NCBI GenBank assembly: GCA_028534125.1
Contig: CM052816.1
Location: 13,332,001 to 13,396,000, forward strand
Length of the DNA stretch: 64,000 nucleotides
Source: Lama glama
Taxonomy: Eukaryota
Direction of reading: 5' to 3'
Under the pieces are notes generated by a model, which saw nothing but the letters and a program-made list of their open reading frames with translations, made no database searches and was not told the origin of the DNA. The number at the start of each line of letters is the position of its first letter. Position 1 is the first letter of the stretch. The position numbers were made by a program, and so were the translations under genes. Positions 11,791 through 25,019 of this stretch are shown in pieces.

Positions 11791-12219
11791 TATGTAAACT
11801 GCATCTGTGCGTCTGTGTGTGTGTGTATACACACACATTTTTTAAAATATCTAAGAGTGGACAAGCAAATGTAAAATCGCCCATCACTGTATCAGAGGCC
11901 GGTACAGAGTACTTTGAATACATAAAGGCAGCTGCAGCTGTTTTTCAGGAAAGCCTATGAGAAGGTGTCTTCCTTGTGCTGGGTACTGAATGATGCACTG
12001 AAATTCAGCAGCACAAAGGCTTATCCATTTAATATTAATAGATCCCCCCCCGCAGTATTTAATGAGGTGTATGTTGTCCTCATCCTGAGATAGCAACCAT
12101 GTGCCAAGAGCCTGCCAACATAACAGGTTAAAACCTCACAGCATACACATGGCTGCTAATTTTAAATACGAGAGAAAGTGTGGCACAAGTAGTAAGTGTT
12201 AATAACGGTTAAGACCTTA

Positions 12220-12450
12220 GTAGCTCCAAGTTCATAATGAGGCAAATCTGGATTCAAGTCTTACTTCTGTCACTAAGTCTGTCATCTTTGGAACGTGCTG
12301 TTGCCACTTTAGGCCTATTTCCACATCTGAAAAATGGAACTAATACCGATTTCTTAAAGGCATGAGAGAATTAAATGATACACACCATATTTAAGTTACT
12401 TAGCTCACTTCCTATCGTACAGGAAGTGCTTGAGAGATGTTAGTTGGATC
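12220..12450. mobile_element. MIR relic
   Basis: 'ctggattcaagtcttacttctgtcact...ttccacatctgaaaaatgg...gagaattaaatga'. Confidence 0.55.
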
Positions 12451-12596
12451 AAGGGCATTTAAGAGAAAATCTCAGACATCCAAGGAAATCTAAGAAAAGG
12501 GGCATTTTTTTTTAATGTTCTCCCCTAACACGCACAGAAAAGGTCAAGGTGAACGTTGGAGAGCGATGTGAACATTCAAGTTTCCAGCCTCACGTG

Positions 12597-12643
12597 CCCT
12601 AATTAATGAAAGGCCGTTACCCTAATTAATGAAAGGCCGTTAC
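12597..12643. repeat. Perfect tandem duplication, 2 x 23 bp (ccctaattaatgaaaggccgtta)
   Basis: Two identical units directly visible. Confidence 0.95.
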
Positions 12644-13009
12644 ATTACTGGCCTGCACTTTGACTACCCCGTACACTTCCAACTCTCAGACCTTGGCAGG
12701 GGTAACCCAGAGGCACTCAGTATTCCTTCAGAAACGGTCTTCCATTTCCAAACAGTACCTCAAAGCGTGAGAAGAACAGTGCCAAGGCAGTAAGATCAAA
12801 GGAGATGTGAGAAGTGATAGATTTGACCTAAGCCTTTCGTACAGGATTTTTTCCAGCCAATAAGACGACTAACAAAATAAAGAAAACCAGCCTGTTTAGC
12901 CCACATGGAGAGTTTCCCCAGGCTATCACTGTAACTGATACGTATAAATTTGAGCTAAATTTCATTAACTGTCATTGAGGAGAAGGAGGACAATCAAAGC
13001 TAAAAATCA

Positions 13010-13560
13010 AAATTGGAACTACCTTTTCCTATATACAGCCAAGAGAATTGAGAACATGTCCACACAAAACTTCAACACAAATATGCCTAGCAACATTATT
13101 CATAATATCCAAAAAGTGGAAGCAATCGAAATGTCCACCAACTGAAAAATGGAGAAACAGGATTTCATTTCTTTTCATTGCCAAATCATTTTTCATTATG
13201 ACATTTGGCTTCATACTACCACATGGATGAACTCTGCAAATACTAAGCTAAGGAAAAGAAGCCAGTCACGAAAGACGACATATTTTGTAAATCCATTTAT
13301 TATTAAATGCCCAGAAAAGACAAATCTATGGAGACAGAAGGTAGATTTGTGGTTTCCAGGGGCTGGGGGAAGAGGAGGGGATACTGAAGAGGGATTGCTT
13401 AATGGTTACCGAGCTGCTTTGGGGGTAACGAAATGTTCTAAAATTAAATTGTACTAATGGTTGCACAACTCGGAGTATACAAAAAGCTTTTGAAAGCCTT
13501 TGAATTGTACATTTTAAATGGGTACATCTTATGGTATTTGAACTATATCTCAAAAAAGAT
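13010..13560 (+). mobile_element. LINE-1 3' end (L1MB-like)
   Basis: ORF2 C-terminal remnant (ATLFIISKKWKQSKCP) plus 3' UTR 'atggttgcacaactc...tgaactatatctcaa'. Confidence 0.8.
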
Positions 13561-15021
13561 GTCAAAAAAATGAACACATAACCTAATTAGCCCTGTATCT
13601 ATTAGTGAAGTTGAATTCATTAAAAACCTTTCCATAAAGTTAAGTCCAGGCCCAGGTGGCTTCCTTGGTGAATTCTACTTTCTACTTAATACACATTCTA
13701 CATAAGCTCTTCCAAAACTAACACTGAAGAGGGGGGAGTACTTCTCGGTCCACTCTATGAAGTCAGCCTTACACTGATACCAACATTAGACCAAAAGGAT
13801 AAGAAAAGGAAACCACACATTAATATCCCTTGTGACCATAGATACAAAAATTCTACACAAAACTTCAGCAAATGGTATCTAACAACATATTAAAAGGATG
13901 ACAGACATCATGACCAAAGGGTTACCCCAGGAATGCAGGGTTGGATTCCCATTTCAGAATCAACCAATTCAATTCACAACAGTGAAAACTGAAACAAAAA
14001 TCCTTATGACTATCCCAAGTAGATACAGACAAAACTTTTGAGAAAACCCAACATACACTCCTAACTAATAACAAATCTGCTATAGACTAAGAATAGAAGA
14101 GAATTGCCTCAACTGGATGAAGGGCATTTACAACACCCCGTCTGCTAGCATCATACTAAATGGGAAAAGGCTGAGTATTTTCCTCCTAATTTCAGTTAAA
14201 AAACAAAAAGCTCGGATGTACACTCTCATCCCTTCCATTTAACGTTGTACTGGAGGCTGTAGCCAATAAACCAGGCAAGAAAAAAATAAAGTGCATTTAC
14301 GTTAGCGGGAACAGGTAAAACTGTCTTTACTCATAGACAACATTATCTATGCAAAAATTCTATGAAATTTATAAAATAGCTACTAAACTTCAAAAAGTTA
14401 CACAGAATTATCACACGACCCTGCAAGTCCACTCCTACGTATATACCCAGAAGAACGGAATACAGTTACCCAAATGTATTTACACATGTTTGCAACAGCA
14501 GCACTATCCACTGCAGCTAAAACATGGATACAGCTCACATGTCCATCAATGGGAGAACGGAAAAATTGTGCTCTATATGAACAACAGAATAGTATTTGGC
14601 CATAAGGAGAAATGAATTACAAATTCATGCTACAACACAAATGAACCTCCTAAACATTAAGTAAAAAAAAAGTCAGACACAAAAGCTCATATTTCATGAT
14701 TTCTTTCACATGAAACACTTAGAATAGATAAATCTATAAATACAGTAAGTACATTACCAGTTGCCAGGGTCTGAGGGAAGGGGATAATGGGGAAATATTA
14801 CTTTATGAGGAAGGGTTTTACTTTAATTTTACTTCAGGGTTATGGAAATGTTTTGGAACCAGAGAAGGACTGTGGTTGCACAACACTGTAAATATCCTAA
14901 ATGCTACTAAATTATTTCTTTTTAAGAGGTTCACTTTATGTTATATTAATTTCATCTCAATAAATTGCTATCTTTTAAAATGCTCCTAGACTAAGGGAGC
15001 TGAGCAAGGTTGCAGGACACA

Positions 15022-15235
15022 ACAGGGTTAGCAAGCTATGACTTATGGCCAAACCCAGCCCACTGCCTGTTTCTGTAAATGTTTACCAAACAGATATTTA
15101 TTAATTTTATGTGTTGTCTATGTTGCTTTCATACTGCAGTGGCAGAGCTGAGTAGTTGTGAAGGAGACATATGGCCTGCAATGTCTAAAATATTTACTAT
15201 CTGGCCCTTCATAAAAAAACTGGCTTATGCCTGGG
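15022..15235. mobile_element. MER58-like hAT DNA transposon
   Basis: 'cagggttagcaagcta...ggccaaacccagcccactgcctgtttctgtaaat...aatatttactatctggccctt'. Confidence 0.75.
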
Positions 15236-16069
15236 ACACTAGATCAATAAAAAAAATTAATTTTATTTCTATGCACCAGCAACAATTAGAAATTGATTTT
15301 TAAATACTATTGACAATAGCCTTGAAAGATATGAAAACTTAGACATAAACCTGACAGAACACTTGACACACTTGTACACTGAAAAGTACAAAATACAGCT
15401 TAGTAGGGTTCAAGACTTAAATACATGGAGTGCTCTATCTGTTCATGTGATAAGAATGTAATTAAGATGTCAATTCTCCAACTGGTCCATAGATTCAATG
15501 TAATCCAATCAAAATCCCAGTTTCAGGAGAAATTTAGAAGCACATTCTGAAATTCTTAAGTAAAAGGACCTAGAATAACCAAAACATCTATTAACTAAAA
15601 GAAGTTAGAGGGCTAACCCTACCTGACTTCAAAAATTATTATAAAACTATAGAAATCATAACATCATGGTATTGGCATATAAATAGAAAAATAGATTGAT
15701 CAATGGAACAGACTGTATAGTCCATATATAAATGCACATTTATTTGCACACTTTTTTAACGAAGGTGCAAAGGCAATGCAATAGAGAAGAGCCTTTTCAA
15801 CAAGCTGGAACAATTGGCTATGCATGTTTTTAAAATCAAGTTAGATCCATTCCTTATACTACATACAAAAATTAACTCAAAATGGAACATAGACATAAAT
15901 GAAAAATCTACAACTGTAAAATTTGTAGAATAAACCTATGAGAAAATCTTTGAGAACTTTGGTTAGTCAAAAATTTCTTATATATGCACCAGAAGCACAA
16001 TCCATTAAAAAATAAATTAATTGGATTTCATCAAAATTTAAAACATCTGCTCTTCAAGACGCACTTTCA

Positions 16070-17322
16070 CACCATACACAAAAATAAACTCAAAATGGCT
16101 TAAAGATTTAAATGTAAGACAAGACATGATAAATCTCCTAGAAGAAAACACAAGCAAACCATTCTCAGACATAAATCTTAGCAATGTTCTCCTAGGTCAG
16201 TCTACTCAGACAGTGGAAGTAAGAGCAAAATTAAACAACGGGACCTAATTAAACTCAAGCTTTTGCACAGCAAAGGAAACCATAAACATAACGAAAAGAC
16301 AACCTATGGAATGGGACAAAGTATTTGCAAATGATGTGACTCACAAAGGCTTAATTTCCAGAATATATAAACAGGTCATACAACTTAACAATCCAACCCA
16401 AAAATAGGCAGAAGACCTAAATCAGCATTTCTCTAGTGAAGATATATGAATGGCCAATAGACTTATGAAAATATGCTCAATATCACTAATTATCAAAGAA
16501 ATGCAAATCAAAACTACAATGAAGTTATCACCTCACACCAGTCAGGATGGCTATCATTCAAAAGGCCACGAACGATAAATGATGGAGAGGGTGTGGAGAA
16601 AAGGGAACCTTCCTATACTGCTGATGGGAATGTAGTCTGGTGCAGCAATTAGGGAAAACAGCATGGAGATTCCTCAAAAAACTAAAACTAGACTTACTAT
16701 ATCATCCAGCAATCCCACTTCTGGGTATATATCCAGAGGGAACTCTAATGCAAAAAGATACAAGCACCCCAATGTTCATAGCAGCACTATATACAATAGT
16801 CCAGACATGGAAGCAACCTAAATGTCCATCACCAGATGACTGGATAAAGAAGGTGTGGTATATTTATACAACGGAATACTATTCTGCCATAAATAAGATA
16901 ATGCCATTTGCAGCAACATGGATGGAACTGGAGATCATCATTCTAAGTGAACTAAGCCAGAAACAGAAAAATACTGTATAATACCACTCATGTGTGAAAT
17001 CAAAAAAAAAGGACACCATGAACTCACTTACAAAACAAACACTCACAGACTTAGTAAACAATCTTACGGTTACTTGGGAAAGGGAGTGAGTAGGGGTAAG
17101 TTTGGGAGTTTAAGATTTACAAGCGTTAGCAATTATATATAAAAATAGATTTTTCTTAGTTTCTTTTGTATAGCACAGGTAACTATGTTCAATATCTTGT
17201 AATAACTTTTAAAGGAAAAAATTTGAAAACGAAGATATGTATGTATATGCATGACTGGGACATTGTGCTGTGCACCAGAAATTGACACATTGTAATTGAC
17301 CGTACTTCAGTAAAAAAAAAAA
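16070..17322 (+). mobile_element. Younger 5'-truncated LINE-1 (ORF2 3' part + 3' UTR + poly(A)), nested in an older L1
   Basis: ORF 16640-16981 is the ORF2p C-terminus ([37 protein letters not shown]). Poly(A) at 17312-17323. Candidate TSD 'actttca' at 16063-16069 and 17323-17329. Confidence 0.92.
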
Positions 17323-17599
17323 ACTTTCAAGAAAATGAAAAGACAAAGCACAAATTGAGAGAAAAATCTTTGCAAAGCATAAATCTAATAAAGAATATGT
17401 ATCCAGAATATGTAAAGAACTCTCAAAGCTCAACAATAAGAAACAAGGGGGAAGGGCACAAAATATCTGAATAGATGCTTCACCAAAGAATACATACAGA
17501 TGGAAGATAGACACATAAAGAAATAATTATTAGTCATTAGAAAAATGCAAAATAAAACCACAATAAGGCAACACTACACACCTATTAGAATGCTAAATA

Positions 17600-17945
17600 A
17601 AATTGAGTAATTGATGCATATATTAACATGGATCAATCTCGAACACATTGTGCTAAGCGAAAAAAGTCAGACAAAAGGCTTCATACCGTATGATTCCATT
17701 TAGGTGACATTCTGTAAAGTCAAATCCATAGGAAGAGAAATCAGATCAGTGGTTGCCAGGAGATGGGGGATAAGAGGAGGGAAATGATAAAAAGGCAAAG
17801 GAGGGGACTTTAAGGTGTGATGCCTTGATTGCAGTAGTGGTTACATGTTCACATGATGGTGTGTATCTGCCAAAACTCTGAACTGTACATTAAATAGGGT
17901 GAATTTTACTACATGTAAATTATGCCTCAATAAACCTGAAGTTTA
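17600..17945 (+). mobile_element. LINE-1 3' end (L1MC/ME-like)
   Basis: 'catggatcaatctc...tatgattccattt...atcagtggttgccagg...atgtaaattatgcctcaataaa'. Confidence 0.75.
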
Positions 17946-18769
17946 CAATAACAAACAAAATCCCTTCAACTTACACAATCAAATTGCTCTTAGAAAAATA
18001 AGACATAGACTTACATGTCCTTATTTCTTAAACAACGTGAGGCACTAGAAAGGAATTCAAATAAAGGGTCTCAGATTGGCAAGTGATCACCACTAACATG
18101 AAAATTCTGTTTTCCAACTTAAAAAACCTGGTTTAAAGTCCCTTTAAGAAGTCCCCTTTTAAAGCCCCACCGGACCCTACTACAACAGGTGAACCTGAAT
18201 TGTTGCAAACATTTTCTAATGGATCGCCCCGACCTGGCTCACTGCACTGAAAACCATCCTACACACTGTTTTCCGTATTTTTTCCTAAACCAAATCGGAC
18301 CCTGCGGTTCTCCCATTTAAAATCCTCTGATGCTTCCCCACAGAATAAATTTTAAAAACCCAAGGTTAGCAACACCCTTCCCAAACTAGTCTTACCTCGC
18401 CTCTTCAGAATCATTTTCTTTTCTGACTTCCCAACACATTTAACTCAATATATCCAAGTACATTTCAAGATCACATCATCCAGTCTACCTGAAGTTTCCA
18501 CTTGGTATCTCCTCTGGGCTTCTGAATCCTATGTACCATGATAGTCCCTCCATCTGAACTGCCCTTCTCCGTTCAGTTTCTTCTACACAAATGTCATCTT
18601 GGGGAAGACTTTCCCAGGCCTGTTCCCTCCCCTGCGTTCCATAGCACACACCTTCATGGCATTTAGCACACAATGTTACCATCTGTCCACTTGTTTGCAC
18701 TTCCTAAAGTGAAGTCTCCTCAGAAACAGATACCATCAAAATACAACGTGTCAGCATCCAATAGGATTA

Positions 18770-19435
18770 CTGTAAAAAGACAAGAATGTTGGCAAGGATG
18801 TGGAGAAACTGGTACCCCCATACATGGCTGCTGTGAATGCAAAATGCTATATCCTCTGTGTGAAAGTTTGGCAGTTCTTCACCAAGTTGAACATAGAATT
18901 ACTGTATGTCCCAGCAATTCCACACCTAGGTATGAATTCAAGAGAATTTTTTTAAGTATGCTTATCCAAAAACTTTCACATGAAAGTTCAGAGCAGCATT
19001 ATTTCACAATAGCCAAAACGCAGAAACAACCCGAACACCCAGCAACTGATGAACGGATGAATACAATATGGAATGCGCATACAATGTAGTTACTACTCAG
19101 CCATCAAAAAGGAATGAAGTACTGTTACATACAACATGGATGAACCTCGAAGACATGCTAAGTGAAAGAAACCAGTCACACAAGACCACGTATTGTATGA
19201 TCCTATTTATAAGAGATGTCCAGAGTAGATAAATCCATACAGACAGAAAGAAGGTCAATGGTTAACTAGGGCAATGGAGGAGTGGGGGGAGGGAATACTA
19301 CAAATGGGTATGAAGTTTCTCTCAGTTGATGAAAATGTTCCCTAATACGACAGTGCTAATGATTGCATGACTTTGTGAATGTCCTAAAATTTGCTATACA
19401 CTGAAAGGATGAATGATGTCTCAATTTTAAAAAAA
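18770..19435 (+). mobile_element. LINE-1 3' end (L1MB-like)
   Basis: 'tgttggcaaggatgtggagaaactgg...cccagcaattccacacctagg...acaacatggatgaacctc'. Confidence 0.85.
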
Positions 19436-21149
19436 ACACAGTGAGTGTGTCAGAGTAAGGTGATGCATCGGATTAAACGAGGCATAATCTTTGTGACCTG
19501 GAGACCACGAACAGTTAAGCTGTTTCCTAGTTAAGTATGTTATATCATAAATGGTATACCTTCTTGAGGCCAACAGTCAAAGTTAGACACTGTCAAATCA
19601 CCAGCATGAACCCAAAAGCTAATATGACACCACCTCTCACATACAAAGCTGCCAGAGATTCAGCTCAAAGGTTAGATCTGCTGAAACCTATTTTATGATT
19701 GGTATGTCCCAAGAATTCAACAAAAAATATATACTTAAGTACTGAACTGAGAAAGCATTTTTCTCAAGCACTCCTTACTTTAGCCAGATCCATCTTTCGG
19801 TCTTCAATACCCCAGGAAGAAAGTCTCAGCTTTATTTTTACCTTGAATATGAATGTTTCCAGAATACATGAAAAGTCTGATGAAGTGTTTTATAAGAAAC
19901 TGCATCCTGTGTCTACTACATGGGAATAAGGCATTGTAATAAATACGATCCTAAAAGGACTCTTCATTTCCACAACCAGTTATGGGTAGTTAGGAAATTT
20001 GTCCCAAGGGTAGTAATTAATACCACCAATGATATTCAATGATGTGGAAGACAGCTGTTGACTTCAGCAGAGGGGTAAAAATCTCAATTATAATGAGGGT
20101 CTAAAGGCCAATTAACTAGAGCATCTAAATTCGCAGAAAATAGTTTTCATCACTCCATTTTTAAAGGAAGACGATTATGCCTTCAGTGTTTACACTCCAA
20201 ATCCAAAATTGTAGGATGTTAGCACAGGCTCTTATGGTTAACAGACACTCAAACCCAGCCTGTAGTACCATAGATGACATGTGCTTCAATTATGTGTGCT
20301 TCAGAGCAAACACCTGTTTTTTTTTGGGTTATGTTTTATGTTAATCACCTACCCCCAGGGTTTAGCAGGGTGATTAGCATTTTATCAGTAATATTTTTTG
20401 CACTAATGTCTGATGAAATCCATCTGAAATAATTATCCTAAGCCACTGTAAAACGGGAATTCAAGAAAATATTACGTATTTACCTTATGTATCTACTTAC
20501 AAACATAGTATTGTGAGAGAACTTTAAGAGGAATTTTTCAGGCTCTATTTTTAAAGCATATAGTGACTATAGTCACTCTTCAAGAACCAATTAAATAAGT
20601 ACAAAGAAGTCTACTATTGTTTTCACACCTGGGAAAAAGGGTAAGCTGGAATAAATTAAATACTTCATTAGACCAGCTGCCCACAGGAAGGGAGTGATGA
20701 TTCTCTTTGATCCCATGACGAAGGGTTAAGATAAAGTCCTGTGTCCTCAGGTTCTACGGAAAAGCTGGCCAGATGGATTTACAATGTACATCCCATACAA
20801 ACGCAAAACAAGCGCAGAGGATGCATTCTAATTGACCAGTTAACAGATTGCACCTGCAGCAAGAAGGGATTGCTTGGGTGTGGGGCCACTACCCACCTTC
20901 CGCTAATGAAGGCGCTCTGTGGGCAGCACTACAACACCGTGTTCTCATTGTGTAGCCTGAACGGGCTCCCAGCTCCACTACTTACAACCCAGATGAGCTT
21001 AATAAGCTTCAGGTTCTTCATCGACAAACCACTGTATCATCAGTGCGGTTGCTTCTGGGGACCACTGCACGCAAGAGATTAACTTCTATGTCAAACACCT
21101 GGCACAGAGATCAGATACGCAGAACCGTTAAGTTCCCTCCCTGAACCTG

Positions 21150-21720
21150 TCACTGCCATCCGAGGGAAACAGGAACGTAAAAACGCCACGGAAGTCTTCT
21201 TCTCGGCTGGACCGAAGACCCCTGAAGAGAATCAGGGGAGTCCCGCCCTTGGGGAGCCTAGGGCCCAGCACGGCAGACCGCCCTGTGAGCGGCTGCAGGA
21301 AGCCGTTTCTGGGCAGGCCCAGCGGCTGCCAAACCCCGGCCTTGCCAGGGTGAGGCAGATGCTCTAAGCACCTGGGAAGGTACTTGAAAAAGCTGCGCCT
21401 AGAAACTCGCCTCAAACCAGCTTAAGCAATACTAAAGGAAAGGGGGTACCTCAGTGAGGAGAACGTTGAGGCTTGAAATCGGCTTCCTGCAGCGCTAGGG
21501 TCTGCACAACTCCGGCTCCCGCCAACAGCGACTCTCCCTCGGGCGGCACCATGGCGCGGACCCCCAGCTCGCGGGCGCCGGAGATGCCGGGCTACTGCCC
21601 AGAGGGCACTAAAAGCTCCTGCTCACCTCTCATTGGCCCAAGCTGCCTTGGCCCTGCCCACCCCTCAGCCAATCACCGACAAGGGAGGGCCGAATAATCA
21701 TGATTGACTGAAAGCCTACT
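21150..21720. promoter_or_regulatory. Small orphan CpG-island-like, promoter-like element
   Basis: Abrupt rise in GC and CpG content. ETS CGGAAGT at 21189-21195, GC box CCCGCCC at 21242-21248, ATTGG at 21632-21636, CCACCCC near 21658, AGCCAATCAC (CCAAT at 21669-21673). Confidence 0.65.
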
Positions 21721-22039
21721 CTATGGGTGGAACGGAGACTTCAGTGTTAATCACAGCATCTACTACTTAGCATTAACGAGTATTTGGTGAAGGAGTGGGT
21801 GGGGTAATGAATGGCTGAATCTACGATACAATGGAATATGTGCTCTTTTTGAAGGCTTTTTTTCCGGGGAAAAAGGGGAATACTGCTTTCGACTTGAGGT
21901 CCACGTAATTAGAATCGTTTGTACCCAAAATGACTTAATTGGAAAGCTGTCAGCAATTAAGCAGAGACCAACGACCATTGATGATACTACGCAGGTAGTG
22001 CGTGTCAGGCGCTATGCGGAGAGCAACTTGGGCTCAAGA

Positions 22040-22250
22040 GCGCAGGATTTGGAATCAGGCCTGGATTCAACTCCTAACTATCATTTACTAGTTGTGTAAT
22101 CTTGGACAAGTCGCTTAACCTCTGGGCCTCCCTTTCCTCTTCTACCAAATAGAGAAACAAAAGTTCCTCACAATTTTTGGTAAGGATTCAATAATGAAAC
22201 GTATGTGAAACGGTCACTATACTGAATGTTTGACAGATGCTAGCCATTAT
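22040..22250. mobile_element. MIR SINE
   Basis: 'ttggaatcaggcctggattcaactcc...gtgtaatcttggacaagtcgcttaacctctgggcctc'. Confidence 0.75.
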
Positions 22251-22549
22251 TGTCGTTCACGGTAAATCCATCCCGAACCAGCTTTAGTTTCATGTAAACT
22301 GTACATGCAACTAGAAGAGGAAAGGCACCTGTCCTCTGGCTGATTCAGCATTAAAGCAGTCCTCTTACTAGTTGGAAGGACTAGGGGTAGGCAGGCTGCT
22401 CTCATGTAAGGTAGCTGCCCATGTCAGGACCTGATCCTATTCTATGATAATGCCATCTTGGATGCCCCGAACCACTCTCTGCCCCTAACAAGGCAAGTTA
22501 CTATTAGGTTTCTCTGTTTTAAACATATGCTTACCCAAAAGAAAAATCT

Positions 22550-23090
22550 ATATATTTACCCAAGAGAAATGAAAATATACGTCCTCAGAAAGCCTTGTGC
22601 ATGAATGTTCATAGTAGCTTGATTCATAGTAGTCAAAAATTGGAAACAACCAAATGTTCGTTATCAGTGAATGGATAAACAAATTGCAGTATATTCATAA
22701 AGTGAAATACTACTCAGCGATAAAAAGGGAATGAATTCTGGTGCATGCAACAACATGGATGAATCTCAAAAACATGTTGAATGAAAGAAGCCAGACACAA
22801 AAGAGTATATACTATATGATTCCATTTCTTTAAAATCCTATAAAAGGCAAACTAATTTATACTAACAGAGAACAGATGAGTGGTTTCCTGGAGCCAGGGG
22901 TTAGGAATGGGTGATGATCGAGATGACGCAAGAGAGAATTTTGCAGGGTGATGGAAATGGTCTGTATCTTGATTGTGGTGGTGGTTACAAGAATGTGCAT
23001 ATTTCTCAAAACTCATCAAACCGTTCCCTTAAAATGCATACATTTTGTCACATGTAAATTACATCTCAATAAAGTTTATTTTTTAAAAAG
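22550..23090 (+). mobile_element. LINE-1 3' end (L1MC/ME-like)
   Basis: 'atgaatgttcatagtagc...ttggaaacaacc...caacatggatgaatctcaaaaaca...tgtaaattacatctcaataaagtt'. Confidence 0.85.
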
Positions 23091-23159
23091 CAATGAAAAA
23101 AATCTAACCTATAGATGCTCCTGGTTTGTCTGTGTGTGTGTCTATGTATATGCCATAAT

Positions 23160-23800
23160 TTTTCCAGCTTTAGCGAAGGATAATTGACAATTAAAAACTG
23201 TATTATTTAAAACGTACAATGTGATGTTTTGCTATACATATACATTGTGAAATGATCACCACAATCAAGTATAAATAATTAACATATTTATCACTTCACA
23301 TGGTTATCCTTTTTTTTGGTGAGAACAATTAAGATCTGCTGACTCTCTTAGCAAATAACTAAACAGTGTTGTTAACTATAATCATTATGCCTACATTAGA
23401 GCCCCAGAACTTATTCATCCTACTTATGTGAAATTCTGTACCCTTTGACCACCATTTCCTCATTACTTCTACCCCCAGCTCCTGATAACCACCACCCTAC
23501 TTTCTGCCTTAAAGAGTTTCACTTTTTAAAATTCCACTTTTAAGTGAAATCATGCAGTATTTGTCCTTCTGTGTCTGGCTCATTTCACTGAGCATAATAC
23601 ACTCAAATTTCATCCATGTTGTCACAGCCTTCTTTTTTTAAGGTTGAATAATATTCCATCATATATATGGAATATATATATATACACACATGTACACACT
23701 GTATTTTCTATATACATTCACCCACTGACAACACAGGTTATTTCCATATCTTGACTATTGTGACTAATGAACCAATGAACATGGGAGAGCAAGTATGTCT
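23160..23800 (-). mobile_element. LINE-1 3' end, antisense (L1MA-like)
   Basis: 'ccagaacttattcatc...aagtgaaatcatgcagtatttgtccttctgtgtctggctcatttcact...tttccatatcttgactattgtga'. Confidence 0.85.
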
Positions 23801-24029
23801 TGAAGAATTTGCCCTTCCCAAAGTCTAAACTTTCTATAAAAGCTATAATTATTAACACACGATAGTATTAGCAGAAGGCTAAATGAACAGACCAATAGAG
23901 ATCCCAGAAACAGGTGCACACAGTGAAAAAATTTACTTGATTAATGTTAAAGGTGGCAACTGCAGAGCAGTGGGGAAAGGATGGTCCTTTGAATAAATTA
24001 AACAGCTTATTGAAACACTTGTGTTTTCT

Positions 24030-24250
24030 TGAGATAGTGAGTTTTATGTGTCACCTTGACTACGTTACATTGGCTTGGCCAATTATTCAATCCAACAGGA
24101 ATCTACATCTACAATCACTTCAAGTAGAAGAAATTATCTAGATAATCTTGGTGGGCCTGATTCAATCATCTGAAAGGCCTGAAGAGTTCTAGCCAGCCCT
24201 TCCCTGGCCTGCTATATAGCTTTCACATTTGGCTAGTCAGCAGGAAGACC
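24030..24250. mobile_element. MLT2-like ERVL LTR fragment
   Basis: 'ttttatgtgtcaccttgact...gataatcttggtgggcctgattcaatcatctgaaaggcct'. Confidence 0.55.
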
Positions 24251-25019
24251 TTCATCTATACAATACTAATTTGCAGCAAGAGAGGAATGATGAAGTAAAC
24301 TATGGTATCTCTTTGCTATAGGATTATACAGCTATTAAAAGCATGTTTACAAACTACCTAACAAAATAGAAATGTTTATGCCGTAATTTGAAATAATAAA
24401 CAATGATCACATTACATTTTTTAAAAGTGTGTATGAATTATACAACGTTCAAAAATATGCTAGAAATCAAATGGTGATTATCCTTGGGGAGAGGGCGTAA
24501 TTGGAAGGAGCAAGGTTGGCAGGGGCAGTTTCTGGGATGTTGAAAATGTTCTATTTTTTAATTCTGGGTACTGGTAACATGGGGGTGTTCAGTGTGTGAA
24601 AATTCATTGAGTTGATCTATGTGTGTGTGTGCATATTTATATTCTATAAAAGATATGTTATACATCAATTAAAAATCGGAAGAAACAAAAATGATGGATA
24701 GAAGACAATATAATTTGTGGTCTTCCTTATGTGGTGGGGCCACTGATTGTATTTTGGTTTCTCCTCTGTTTTTCTAAGATAGACATTTATTGCTTTTACA
24801 ATGGATAACAAATAAACAGTTGATCTTAGTTAACTGTGAAAGTGACAGGCATGCACAGTAATTCTTTGGAGTCAGGAGGCCCCTGTGAGCAGGCAGACTC
24901 CGTGGGAGTAGGAGGTGGGATCGTCAGCGCTGGTAAGAATACAGGGAAGGAAGTGGACAGGGGAGGGGAGGGACAAGGGATGCCACAGGAGTAACAGGAA
25001 CCCTTCTTTGGAGGCAGAA

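Larger units (their letters stand above)
13560..17600 (+). mobile_element. Old fragmented LINE-1 ORF2, interrupted by an L1 3' end (~14390-14970), a MER58 and a younger L1
   Basis: Decayed ORF2 motifs: 'ccaggcccaggtggcttccttggtgaattctac', 'ccaggaatgcagggttggattc', 'aaaattaactcaaaatgga', 'gaaaatctttgcaaa'. Confidence 0.8.

Noticed and set aside
12597..12643. Direct repeats as a CRISPR-like array
   Set aside because: Only two adjacent copies with no spacer, in mammalian DNA.
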